A DNA stretch of 36,409 nt from Octopus bimaculoides (GCF_001194135.2 NC_068989.1:65516492-65552900), one strand, 5' to 3'; counted from the stretch's first letter, positions 10,265 through 22,027 are shown. Numbers and translations: made by a program. The notes: generated by a model not told the origin, from the sequence alone.

Positions 10265-10362
10265 TTCGATTAAAACTCCGAGGAATTTGAACTTAAGCTG
10301 TAGATTGCCAGAACGAACACTCTGAGGAAAATTATCGGAGATTCTAAAGCAGCCAAATTGCT
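10265..10362 (-). mobile_element. Degenerate SINE B head
   Basis: AAAACTCCGAGGAATTTGAACT...GATTCT...GCAGCC matches the reverse-complemented B head. Confidence 0.5.
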
Positions 10363-10379
10363 ATCATTTATGTACGGAT

Positions 10380-11040
10380 ATGTGCTTGCGCGCGCGAGTG
10401 TGTGTGTATGTGTGCGCGCACATGCACGTGTGTGTTGATATNNNNNNNNNNNNNNNNNNNNNNNNNNNNNNNNNNNNNNNNNNNNNNNNNNNNNNNNNNN
10501 NNNNNNNNNNNNNNNNNNNNNNNNNNNNNNNNNNNNNNNNNNNNNNNNNNNNNNNNNNNNNNNNNNNNNNNNNNNNNNNNNNNNNNNNNNNNNNNNNNNN
10601 NNNNNNNNNNNNNNNNNNNNNNNNNNNNNNNNNNNNNNNNNNNNNNNNNNNNNNNNNNNNNNNNNNNNNNNNNNNNNNNNNNNNNNNNNNNNNNNNNNNN
10701 NNNNNNNNNNNNNNNNNNNNNNNNNNNNNNNNNNNNNNNNNNNNNNNNNNNNNNNNNNNNNNNNNNNNNNNNNNNNNNNNNNNNNNNNNNNNNNNNNNNN
10801 NNNNNNNNNNNNNNNNNNNNNNNNNNNNNNNNNNNNNNNNNNNNNNNNNNNNNNNNNNNNNNNNNNNNNNNNNNNNNNNNNNNNNNNNNNNNNNNNNNNN
10901 NNNNNNNNNNNNNNNNNNNNNNNNNNNNNNNNNNNNNNNNNNNNNNNNNNNNNNNNNNNNNNNNNNNNNNNATATATATATATATATATATACATATATA
11001 TACGTACACATACATATGTATATTTATATATACATATACA
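10380..11040. repeat. Microsatellites flanking N-gap 10442-10971
   Basis: Direct inspection. Confidence 0.9.
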
Positions 11041-11070
11041 TTTGCATTGTCATTCCATTCCCATTTCTAA

Positions 11071-11120
11071 CAAAACTGGCCGATGAACGGGAACGTGAAA
11101 CTCCGAGTAACAGTCTTTTG
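11071..11120 (+). ncRNA. Minimal type-I hammerhead ribozyme motif (U4C variant)
   Basis: CAAAACTGG-CCGATGA-ACG-GGAA-CGT-GAA-ACTC-C-GAGT-A-ACAGTCTTTTG. All three helices pair, cleavage triplet GUA, AATAAA at 11141 then (TA)n. Confidence 0.75.
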
Positions 11121-11759
11121 TTATATTTCTTCTGCTTTTAAATAAAGTATATATGATGTATATATATATTTATACGTATGTATTCACACACAGACACACA
11201 CACACAAAATATTTATCCCTTCTGAGGGAGCTGCACCAAATGTTCGCGATCAATTACTTCACTTCGCGAGGCATATATAAACATATGTGCTCACACATGA
11301 CGACCTGTGCTCGCGCGTGTGTGCATGTTACTATGGCACCAAGATGAACACATGACAAAATCATCGAAGACATTCAACTTGAAATTTATCGATGTTAGTT
11401 GATACAATACTTTGCATAAACTTCATCTAATGCGGTGAGTTATTTCCCTTCACTCCTACTACTCATGGAGTTAGGTGTTACGTCAAGAAGGGAAACAGAT
11501 ATTTCTCTTTTTATCGCCACATATTGAGTTAATTCTTTCTGTCTACACCGACCTTAACAAATCATTAATTTTGTTCGTCGTCATTGAAATACGTTTCTTT
11601 CGTTCTTCCGTTTTCTTTCTTTGTGTCTCCCTTTCTAGTTATCTTTCTTTCTTTCTTTCTTTCCTGTTGCTATATTTTAAGAAATGATGCGAAATACATA
11701 TTGTATGTAACTTCGATCACACCTAATGGAGTATGTATAGGGACGGCATGTATATGCTA

Positions 11760-11803
11760 ATATATATGTACATATATATATATGCATATATATGTGCGTG
11801 TAC

Positions 11804-11871
<68 letters not shown>

Positions 11872-11878
11872 ATGTATT

Positions 11879-11926
<48 letters not shown>

Positions 11927-12257
11927 NNNNNNNNNNNNNNNNNNNNNNNNNNNNNNNNNNNNNNNNNNNNNNNNNNNNNNNNNNNNNNNNNNNNNNNNNN
12001 NNNNNNNNNNNNNNNNNNNNNNNNNNNNNNNNNNNNNNNNNNNNNNNNNNNNNNNNNNNNNNNNNNNNNNNNNNNNNNNNNNNNNNNNNNNNNNNNNNNN
12101 NNNNNNNNNNNNNNNNNNNNNNNNNNNNNNNNNNNNNNNNNNNNNNNNNNNNNNNNNNNNNNNNNNNNNNNNNNNNNNNNNNNNNNNNNNNNNNNNNNNN
12201 NNNNNNNNNNNNNNNNNNNNNNNNNNNNNNNNNNNNNNNNNNNNNNNNNNNNNNNNN

Positions 12258-12291
<34 letters not shown>

Positions 12292-12405
12292 CACATATAT
12301 ATTAATATATGCACACATACACATATTTGTCTGTATATATTAACATCTACAAATTTGTGTGTATGTGTTTGTGTGTGTGTGTGCATGTTTATATGTCTCT
12401 ATGTG
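11760..12405. repeat. (CTAT)n, (TA)n and (TG)n around N-gap 11927-12257
   Basis: Direct inspection. Confidence 0.92.
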
Positions 12406-12869
12406 TGTATCATAGCACTGGTAATGGCCGTATTACTAACTTCAACACACTTCACCGAGTTTATGATGAAATCATGTCGTGTAACCGACAGTTATGTATG
12501 TTTCAATTTAGCAAGTGTTAACAAATCATATACTGGGAATATATCAATTGATTGAACGTAACGTAAAAATCGATTATCAATTTAAATAGGGTTCTAATTT
12601 TGAAGATAATTTAATTACTGATAGATTAAGAATTAATTTGTATAATGCAGGAGTAGTCAGAATAAATGTTTGCTGAAATATTCCACACTTCTCTTTCGCA
12701 ATGTGACTTTGCTATTTATGGGCGGTGATGGGTGTCGAACGCAACCAAAATTAATTTAAATGAAAGATGAGTAAGACAGAGTGGATGTAATTAACAACGT
12801 TGTTACAAATGCGGCCCCATAAACAAGTCTTCAGCAATTTGACAGAAGCTATTTATTTATATTGGTTTC

Positions 12870-12980
12870 AGATTTTGGCACAAGGCCAGCAATGTTGGGG
12901 AAATGGAAAGTCGGGTACATCTATTCTAGCGGTAACCTGCTGCTTATTTTATGGACCCCAAAAGGATGAAAGGTGTAACT
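12870..12980 (-). mobile_element. SINE B 3' half
   Basis: TTTTGGCACAAGGCCAGCAAT...CTTATTTTATGGACCCCAAAAGGATGAAAGG. Confidence 0.8.
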
Positions 12981-12988
12981 CATCATAA

Positions 12989-14430
12989 GAGTGTGGTGGG
13001 GTGGCAGAAACATTAGCGCATCTAATAAAATGGGTTGGCAATGTTTGTTCCGATTCATTGTATTCTGAGTTCAAATTCCATCTAGATCATATCTGCCTTT
13101 TATGCTTGTAAGTTCAATGGAATGAAACCTCAGTCATGCTATCGATTAATGCTCTCCCCAAAATATCACTCAAGGTCGTGCCCCAGCATAGCTGGTGTCT
13201 AATGACTAAAGTAAGTAAATGACAAAGAAGGCGACGAGCAGGCGGGACCGTTACCATCACGGGCAAAATGCTTTGCAGCATTTCGTCCCTCTTTACGTTC
13301 TGAATCCGCCGAAATTTGCCGCTCACCCTTCGGAATTGATGAAATAAGTACCAGTCCCGCACTGGATTCGATGTAATCGACTAGCCCCTTCCCTCAAAAT
13401 TTAAGGCCTTGTGCCTATAGTAGAAAAGATTATTAAATACCTCCAACTTCAACGCGGCGAACTGGTGGAATCGATACAGCGTTGGAAAAGACGACTTATG
13501 TTATTTTTTCCACTTTTTTATTTTCTGAGTTTAAATATCCTCAATATCAACTTTGCCGTTAATTCTCACGGGGTCGATAAAATAAAGTTCTGGTCAGCAA
13601 CTACTGTTGATGCAATCAGCTAAGCCGTTCTCCACCAAAATTTGTAGCGTTGTGCCTATGTTAGAAACTATTTAGGTAAGTAAATTAGCAGAAGCGTTCA
13701 ACCGTTGTTTAAAGTATGTTGAGGTATTTGTTTCAACTTTTTACGTTTTGAGTTCAAATATCGACGAGGTCAACTCTATCTTTTATCCTTCCAGAATCGA
13801 TAAAGTAGAGCATAGATGAAGAACTAGGCTGGACACGATTACATCAACTACTACTATTGTATTTCTTTTTCTTTCATTTTTTTTCTGCAACTTATATTAA
13901 TTGAAAGCTGCAAGGCCGCGAGCTGGCAAAATCGTAAGCACGCCAGGCAAAATGCTCAACAACATTTCATCCGTTTTCACGTTCTGAGTTCAAATTCCAC
14001 CGAGATGATCCTTTCGCGGTTGATAAAATAAGTACCAGTTGAGCACTGGAGTCAATGTAAGTGATTTATTTCCTCTCTCACACTTGCTGGCTTTGTGCCA
14101 AAATTTGAATTTCAATAGTAATTGAAAGAAGGGACTTCAATTCAGAGAAACAGTAGCGTGTCTTCCAAAATGCTTTGTGGTATTTGTTCAGCGATGAAGA
14201 AAACATTGCTTTTCATGCTCCCTATATCAGTAGAAATAGAATACCAGTCATATATTAGAGCCAATGTGACTGCCTAAATACTCTCCCGACAAATGTGCAA
14301 TTCTTGCCAGTATTATGAATCATTTCTAATTGAAGTCAAGCTGCCGAAACAGACAAAACAATAGAATGCACGGTTGGATACACTGTGATATATACTTTCA
14401 TCTCTCCATACGATGTCTGACGTTCTGGTC
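12989..14430 (+). mobile_element. Head-to-tail array of about 7 SINE B copies (about 12989-13226, 13228-13434, 13451-13672, 13674-13806, 13912-14113, 14129-14325, 14335-14430)
   Basis: Recurrent GAGCTGGCAGAA-like head, TTCTGAGTTCAAAT, GATAAAATAAGTACCAG and GCCTTGTGCC motifs, all on the + strand. Confidence 0.85.
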
Positions 14431-14436
14431 ATTTAG

Positions 14437-14864
14437 TCTTTTATCTTTTATCTTTTATCTTTTACTTGTTCCACTCATTAGACTGCGGCCATGCTGAAAC
14501 ATCGCCTTCAAGAAATTTTAGCCAAATGTCGAATGAATGACTCCAGTACTTATCTTTTTAAAACTTGGTATTTATTTTATTAGTCCCTTTTGCCGAATTA
14601 CTATATTACGGGGACGTAAACAGACCAACGCCGGTTTTCAAGCAGTATTAGGTGTGGTGGGTGACAAACACAGACATGGAGACACAAACACATATACACA
14701 TTTATATGACGGGCTTCTTTTAGTTTCCGTCAACTAAATCCACTCACAGGGCTTTGGTCGGCCTGAGGCTATAAAAGAAGACACCTATTCAAGGTGCGAC
14801 GCAGTGGGACTGAACCTGGAACCATGTGGTTTGGAAGCAAGCTTCTTATCACACACCTGCACCT
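14437..14864 (-). mobile_element. SINE family A, full length, (GATAAAA)n tail
   Basis: Aligns with 4340-4762. Confidence 0.9.
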
Positions 14865-15144
14865 GATGTTTATAAAATAAATACCAGTAATATATAGTGA
14901 CTCTTTTCTAACTAGAAATTCGTATGGTGTTTAACCTAAGATGAAAAGAATCACTGACTGATGGAAGTAACTGGTTTATTACAGGAAGCAATTTAATTTA
15001 AAAGTTGTTAGAAAGGAATAAATCAGGGGAAATGGTGAAAGGCGGGGGTGAAATCACCGAATCAGATCAATCGAAATGTGATATTTTTGTTGTGACATTC
15101 TATCCATAATTGGTAATAAGAAAATCTGATATGATGTAGATGTT

Positions 15145-15470
15145 GTGGTTGTTGGTGTTGATGTTGTTGTTGTTGTTGCAAACGTTGTTTATTGTGTAGT
15201 ATTTGCCGATGTCGGCGATGTTGTTACTCTGTTATTATTGATGTTTGTTGCTATTGTTGTTGCTGCGATTGTATTTGCTACCGTTGTTGTTGTTGTTGTT
15301 GTTACTACAGCTATCGGTGTGGCATTATTGTTGTTGCTGCTGCTGCTGTCGTTGTCATTGTTGTTGTTGTTGTTGGTGTTGCTGCTCTTTTTTGTTGCTT
15401 CTGTTGTTATTTTAGTTGTTAATATTGTTGTTACTGTTATTTTATTTTGTTGTTGTTTTTGTTGTTGTTG
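15145..15470. repeat. Decayed (GTT/GCT/ATT)n trinucleotide tract
   Basis: Direct inspection; abuts the 3' end of a minus-strand family D element. Confidence 0.92.
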
Positions 15471-15760
15471 ACCACCTCAATTTAGCTTTCATTCAGTTGA
15501 GCTTAGAGCAGCGGCGTTCCAGGCTTGAATATTCCGTTTTTATACAAACTTTCGTATATCTGAGACCTTACCCAACGTGTCTTTCGTGTTGGAAAAAGAA
15601 ATATGTAAATTTCATAGACTTTGGCAGCTATTCCTAGCTGGTCGTGCGGCTACATAAAAGGCTTCCTCACCAGCTCATATAAATTATTATATACAACGTG
15701 TCCTACCCTGACGAAATTTGGCAGCTATTTCTAGCATGCCGAGCGACCTTATGACGGTTC
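15471..15760 (-). mobile_element. SINE-like family D, with a duplicated TTTGGCAGCTATTTCTAGC segment
   Basis: 15618-15680 and 15717-15750 share the motif also seen at 26600-26625. 15500-15540 resembles 26490-26545. Confidence 0.65.
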
Positions 15761-16280
15761 AGCAGTTGGCTGCAAATACATTTTGGTACGAAGTATTTTT
15801 AAAAGATTAATAAATAATTAATATGTTATATGTTATACAACGATACTAATGTTTGACTTACGACATTATCGCTACTGATACAACATCATATCTACTACTT
15901 TAATATCATAAAAATTCTTGTTTATGCAAATAATAATTCTATAAAACATAACTATGAAAGAGTTAAGCCGTTTTCTTTGAAATTCATTTGAAAGGAGTAA
16001 AGATACGCAAGGCGATAGAGCAAGTAATTCATTTTAATATATTGAACCATATCGGAATAAATCTATAAATTATTTGGCTTAGTAAAATGAAGCACTTAAC
16101 CAAATCAGTGTTTAAAAAGCATTATTCTTGCAAAGTAATCCAGCAATTTCCTTGCAGCTATCTTTATTTACTTACACACGTTTTTAGGGGTTATATGTCT
16201 GTGGGCCGATCCAACGCATCAATTATAATAAACAGGGGTATGTGAAGACTGTGCTGCAGCAAAGGGGTTTTTGTGCTGCC

Positions 16281-16481
16281 TTTAACTTTTATCTTTTACT
16301 TGTTTCAGTCATTACACTGCGGACATGCTGGGGCACAGCCTTGAAGAAATTTTTAGTCGAATGAACCGTCCCCAGTAATTATGTTTTACAAAGCTTGATA
16401 CTTTGATCTCTTCTGCCGAATCGCTAAGTTACGGGGACGCAAACACATCAACATCGGTTGTCAGGTGGTTGAAGGGACAAG

Positions 16482-16532
<51 letters not shown>

Positions 16533-16738
16533 GCACACACGCACACACGCACACACGCACACACACGCATACACACAACGGTCTTCTTTCAGATTCCGGC
16601 TATCAAATCCACTCACAGGGATTTGGTTAGCTCTAGGCTATAGCAGAAACCCATGCTTAAAGTGTCACGCAGTGGGCCTGAAACCAGAACCATGTGGTTG
16701 GGAAACAAGCTTCTTTCCACACAGTCACCTCTGCGCTT
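16281..16738 (-). mobile_element. SINE family A, full length with expanded (AC)n
   Basis: Aligns with 4340-4762. Confidence 0.9.
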
Positions 16739-17789
16739 GTTGTAGATAAAAGATTAAAAAAAAGAAACTAAATGTCATTATATGAATCTGGACTCGCGAA
16801 ATTGTCTACTTGTTTGTTTGCTTGTAATCTTCCATAGCTTATCGTTCTGCTCAAGGGCGTAAAATTCCAGTTGTAACTAAGGTAACATATCTACGGGGAG
16901 TAAATAAAAAAATTATGAGAAGATCTTGAAAATACGTATCTTAGATATATAGTGCTACGTTTTTGCAACGATTATTTTTCAAGTTGCTGGGTTTTCATTT
17001 TGTATGTGATTTTATTAGACATAACTTGTATATTCTTACTTTCGTTATAATGAACTGTCACTTCTGTTGGTATTAACAAATATATAACTAAATACTAAAT
17101 ATATATATATAAATACTAAAGAAATATACAAACGCACACATGCATACATACAACCATACACAGAGAAAAAAATCAGTTATCTCTGTGTTATTTCCCCTGT
17201 AACCAAGGATGCAAGTTGCTACCTAGTCAATAATGCTGTAATTGATTTTATCCCACTGGAATGTAATTTCTTAGAAATTTCTTTAGTCTGTCGATGTTTC
17301 CAGTCAATATAATTCTCTGTGATAAGAGAACTCCATCTAGAATTTTCTGATACAACTATTTGAACAGTAGCAGGAAATAAACTTTATATCACATTGCCCC
17401 ACCCATACCTCACACTTGTCTTCACAAATATTTAAATATATTACAAAATGGCTCACTGTGAATAAGATTATTGATATTATATTTGAAATTGATTTCATAT
17501 TTGGAAAAGAAGAAACACAGATAACACACAACCTCAAACACGCACGCATAAACACACACACACACACACGATAATATTGATCTCTTTTGATAAGACACAA
17601 AGAGAGAGAAGAGTTTCTCGAATTTTATGGCAAAGTGTTAACGTGAAGTTCATGCCTTTTCCAGTGACATTAGCAACGTAAAGAAATTGCATTAAGCGTC
17701 TATAGAAACGCAACTGTGTCGTTGATTTGTGTTACCGGAAGCAAAAAGTTACATTTCCGTTATTCGCCAAGTCAAATAAAAATTTATGC

Positions 17790-17995
17790 CTAATTTTAGC
17801 ACAAAGGAAACAATTTTAGGGTAGTCGTTCAGTCAATTACATCAAGCCAAGTACCAAACTAGTACTTATTTTATCGATCCTCGAAGGATAAAAACCAAAG
17901 TCGATGTTATTTCAACTCTGCGTAAAGAGAAGGAAGAAATTCCGATGTGTATTTCGTCCAAATCAAAAACGCTTCTGCCAAGTCACCGTCTTCAA
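17790..17995 (-). mobile_element. Degenerate SINE B
   Basis: AGTACTTATTTTATCGATCC...AAAGTCGA...CTTCTGCCAAGTCACCGTCTT. Confidence 0.75.
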
Positions 17996-18044
17996 ATTAA
18001 CAAGTAATATCAAACTTTATGACTAACATATTAGTATTATTATT

Positions 18045-18945
18045 TGAGGGTGACAGAATAGTCAGAATGTAAAGAACCGGAACGAAATTGTCTTGCATTA
18101 TTTGTTCCGACTATTTGACAACCGAGTTTACTTTCCACCGATGTGAACTTTGCTTTACGTTTCCACAGATTCGAGAAAATATAGTCTCAATAAGGCACTT
18201 GGGTCGATGTAATTATAACTGCTGCTCTGCAGCTTAAATTATAAGCAGAGTTGACAGAATCATTAGAGCATCGAAGAAAATGCCTTGCAGTTTTTTATTT
18301 TGCCTCTGTTCATTTGAATTCAAATTCTACTGTGATCTCTTTTTTAACTTTCATATTTCCCTTATCGACAGGTCCATATAAGATTCTGTTGTCAAAATTT
18401 ATCTGCAATAAAGTAGATAAACTTCTACAATACACAGAATATTTGAACATTTTTCAAATATATATTCCTAATAAATTTAGGAATATATATTATATATATA
18501 TATATTAATATATATTCCTAATAAATTTAATACATTCCCAATATATTCTAATTAGAAACTTTTACTGGATATTTTAAACATGAAGTGGCTACGGCGGTCC
18601 ATCTGAGTTAAATAGCAGTCAAATGGATCCATAGCTAAAAAATCTTGGAGAAGCTGCAGATTGAAATTATCAATTAAGTACTAAGTTTGATGTAAACTAT
18701 TAATCAATTTCTATAAGCATTGTGCCTATGTTAGAAACAACACAACAACAAAGGTCATTGCTGTAATGGCATTTTAACGGCCGAGTCGGTAAGCACTGAA
18801 TAAATATGCGTGCCGGTATTTCACCCAGCACTTTCAATTCAAATCCACCAACATTAAATGCTAGTTAAACACTAAGCTCGATTTAATCGATTTCAACCTC
18901 GCCTAAATCCTTAGTCACGTGCCTAGATCAGAAAATATTGTTTTT
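18045..18945 (+). mobile_element. Cluster of 3-4 highly degenerate SINE B copies
   Basis: Heads at about 18045, 18245 and 18775; TTGTGCCTATGTTAGAAAC tail at about 18720. Confidence 0.6.
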
Positions 18946-18954
18946 CATGATTAA

Positions 18955-19115
18955 TCGCAGGTCAGCCATGTTTGAGCAGACTTTTTCATCAGAAGCATCC
19001 CAGCTGTGACATTTCTATGTTTTTTTACATCTACGAAAACATTATTTAATGTAACTTTTATTAGGACGATTGGACGAAATTTAATTGCATTTCCAAGACA
19101 ATCAAGCAACTGGGA
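18955..19115 (-). mobile_element. Degenerate family D copy
   Basis: CAGGTCAGCCATGTTTGAGCAGAC...GCATCCCAGCTGTGAC resembles 26490-26535. Confidence 0.55.
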
Positions 19116-19399
19116 AAAGTTTCCTAGTTTGCTAATATGTACAAAACAGGACATCATTTACGCTAGATATCTGCGCTGATGAAATTAAGTCACATTGAGA
19201 TAAATTTGTATGTTTTCTAATATAATTCTCTTTACTTGTATATCTTTGAGATACTATTGGCACTTGATGCAAAATATTGTGCCTCTACTACCTGCAACAT
19301 TTTAGAGTATATTAACTTGGGATGTTAAGCATTGTTCAGACAGAAAGGTATGTTTTGGTCATTGTAAAGATATAAAGTTAAGACACAGATACGGTGGAA

Positions 19400-19402
<3 letters not shown>

Positions 19403-19441
<39 letters not shown>

Positions 19442-19448
19442 AACACAT

Positions 19449-19479
<31 letters not shown>

Positions 19480-19480
19480 A
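19403..19480. repeat. (AC)n microsatellite
   Basis: Direct inspection. Confidence 0.95.
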
Positions 19481-19999
19481 GGTTTCTGCTACTTCCAACA
19501 ATACATCACAACACTTTGAATGTATCTACATGGAATTTCCGAAATCCAGAGCTAATCTGTCTTATTGACCTATATCAGTAATGGTGTTTGTAAGTAAAAC
19601 TTCGAGTGATATAACTAAAATCTGCAAAGTATCCAAAACTTTCGTTTTAGTACTTGTGTTAGTCAACAAATTGAATTGCAACATCCAATAACTGGATGGT
19701 CAACGAGACTAGTATAAGAGTACAAAGAAACTAGAGGCATGGTATAAAAGTTTGTAACAGAATTAACTGTGCTAATGACAATGCTATTAAATGTGGCAGC
19801 GATTAAACTGAGTGACTCAGTTATGAACAACTCAGCAGTAGCTTGTGCATAACTTCTGTGCAATATCGATTATATGACTTCTGTGGATTTGAGATAAGAG
19901 TAGAAATCGCCTGGCTATGGTGCTAAGCAGTGGAATCGAACTCTGATTCTTAATAACACCGATATGCTTGCAAACTATACTGCTGTGTACAACAATTCA

Positions 20000-20170
20000 G
20001 CGCTGAGATCTGTGTGCACTCAATTGATCTGCTAGAAACTGAGCAAAATTCCCGCAAATTTATATGTCTACCGTTTTGAATTTAATCAAACTAGACGATG
20101 TGGTCTTAATATACAAGATGCTTAAGGCCGAAATGTCTCTGATCTTACGTCTATTCGATCAAGGTTATTT
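20000..20170 (+). mobile_element. Degenerate family D copy
   Basis: CACTCAATTGATCTGCTAGAAACT...AAATTCCCGCAAAT...TACCGT resembles the reverse complement of 15620-15660 and 26585-26640. Confidence 0.45.
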
Positions 20171-20511
20171 AATGACTGAAAAACAATAGTTGTTTTCAAT
20201 TAAATTCAGGTGCCATAAGGTTGATTTGAATTTATCTAAAGAGATTCGCAATGAGAAGTATTAGTTAACTGCATTGACTACCCAAGTACTATAGGTATAA
20301 TATAATGAAATAAATACATGGAATAATATAATGAGATAAATGCTCATACTTAATAGGGGAAGATGGCTAGAAATTTTGAAGTGGCTATAGACCCTTTTGG
20401 ATTTAGCGACACCATGCATTAGTTATGCATTAAGTGGTTTAATTCTTAGTACAGTTCTTTTTTTCTCCAGGTTTGGTAACAGCCGATTTCTTTCATAGAG
20501 CGGGCGAACGA

Positions 20512-20765
20512 GTGAGTGAGTGAGTGTGTGTGTGAGAGAGAGAGTGAGAGAGAGGGAGAGAGAGAGGGAGGGAGAGAAAGAGTGTGTGTGTGTGTGAAAA
20601 CGAGTGAGAGAGAACGAAGAAGAAGAAGAAGAANNNNNNNNNNGGGAGAGAGAGATGGAGGGAGAGAAAGAGTGTGTGTGTGTGTGAAAACGAGTGAGAG
20701 AGAACGAAGAAGAAGAAGAAGAAGAAGAAGAAGAAGAAGAAGAAGAAGAAGAAGAAGAAGAAGAA
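20512..20765. repeat. (GA)n/(GT)n/(GAA)n tract with 10-N gap at 20634-20643
   Basis: Direct inspection. Confidence 0.92.
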
Positions 20766-20895
20766 CTGGTACTTTATCTATGGACTTAGAAAGAGGTAAG
20801 CTTCATTTCAGCTTAAGTTGAATTCGAAGCTCAGGGAGCTGGAAGGAATAACTCAAAGTTACTTTGCGAAACGCCTTAACAATCTTAACAACACT
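20766..20895 (-). mobile_element. Degenerate SINE B 5' half
   Basis: ACTGGTACTT...GAATTCGAAGCTCAG...CTTAACAATCTT. Confidence 0.5.
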
Positions 20896-21182
20896 GTCAC
20901 GTTGCAGTCGTATGTATTTGACTGTAGCTTCATCAATGGACTGATTACATGATTAAATAGTGTTCTCGTATATATATATATATATATATAAAACAGTTGT
21001 ACGGCTATTTATCCCGCTTACCCGACTGTGAGTATATTTGCTTTTATTCCTCAGTAGTCGACAAAACTAATACCAATTAAGCTGCAATGATCATTAAAGT
21101 TGGTAAAATCTCGATCCTAATTCTGTGATAGTTTACTTGATGTTTGAAGTTGTTATTTTATTGCGAAAGGAAGGCTGAATTT

Positions 21183-21621
21183 AATTATCCTTTCTACGAT
21201 AGGCACAAAGCCTGAATTTTGAGGGAGGGGCAAGTCGATGATATCAACCCCAGCGCTCGACTTGTACTAATTTTATCAACTTCGAAAGGATGAAAGACTA
21301 AGTAGATATCGGTGGAGTCTGAACTCAGAACATAAAGACAGACGAAATACTGTTAAGCATTTTGTCCGGCATGCTAACGATTCTGTCAGCTCGCTGCCTT
21401 AAGTAACATAAGAAATATTGATTTCAAATTTTGGCACAAGGCCAGCAATTTGGGGGGAGGGGGGCTGTTTTGGGTCGGTTATACCGAGCACAGTGCTCTA
21501 CTGTTACTTATTTTATCGACCCCGGGAAGATGAAAAGCAAAGCCGATCGTGACGGCATTTGGACGAAATACTGCTAAGCATTTAGTGCAGCGTTGTAACA
21601 ATTTCGCTAGCTCACCGCTTT
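21183..21621 (-). mobile_element. Two tandem SINE B copies (21183-21400 and 21417-21621) with different 3' ends
   Basis: The first has the TCCTTTCTAC.ATAGGCACAA end. The second has the TTTCAAATTTTGGCACAAGGCCAGCAAT end. Confidence 0.9.
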
Positions 21622-21628
21622 GAATTTC

Positions 21629-21683
<55 letters not shown>

Positions 21684-21688
21684 TAATA
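21629..21688. repeat. (AAT)n microsatellite
   Basis: Direct inspection. Confidence 0.95.
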
Positions 21689-22027
21689 ACAAGAGCACGC
21701 AAACCTCGTCCTCTCAACAATTAGTCAGAGATGATTTTTAAAATGAGAATATCTGAAATAAAATACTACCCTCACAAACGAGAATACTAAAAATGAACCC
21801 GACCGCTTCCAAAACTTGAGTAAAAAAAAAACAAGTTAAATAATCCTGAATCCTTGTCCGGTACCGGATCGATCCCAAAATCTAATCGTTTCGTGCCAGT
21901 CACAAGGCCAAATATCCCTGAACGTTTCATCCGAATCTGTCCAGCGGTTCTTGAGATATCTTGTCCAGGGACAAACAAACAAACACGACTGAAAAGAATA
22001 CCTCCGCCTTCGCTAAGGTCGAGGTAA
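21689..22027 (+). mobile_element. Non-autonomous Helentron/HINE (DINE-1-like) type element
   Basis: 3' hairpin ACCTCCGCCTT-CGCT-AAGGTCGAGGT (22000-22025), internal (AAAC)n, palindrome TCCGGTACCGGA (21857-21868), 5' AACCTC remnant. (AAT)n on both sides, so no TSD can be distinguished. Confidence 0.7.

Noticed and set aside
15145-15471. 108-aa hydrophobic ORF resembling a membrane protein
   Set aside because: Decayed (GTT)n repeat.
20554-20725. About 80-bp direct duplication either side of a 10-N gap
   Set aside because: Near-identical copies abutting a minimal gap indicate an unmerged contig overlap, an assembly artefact.
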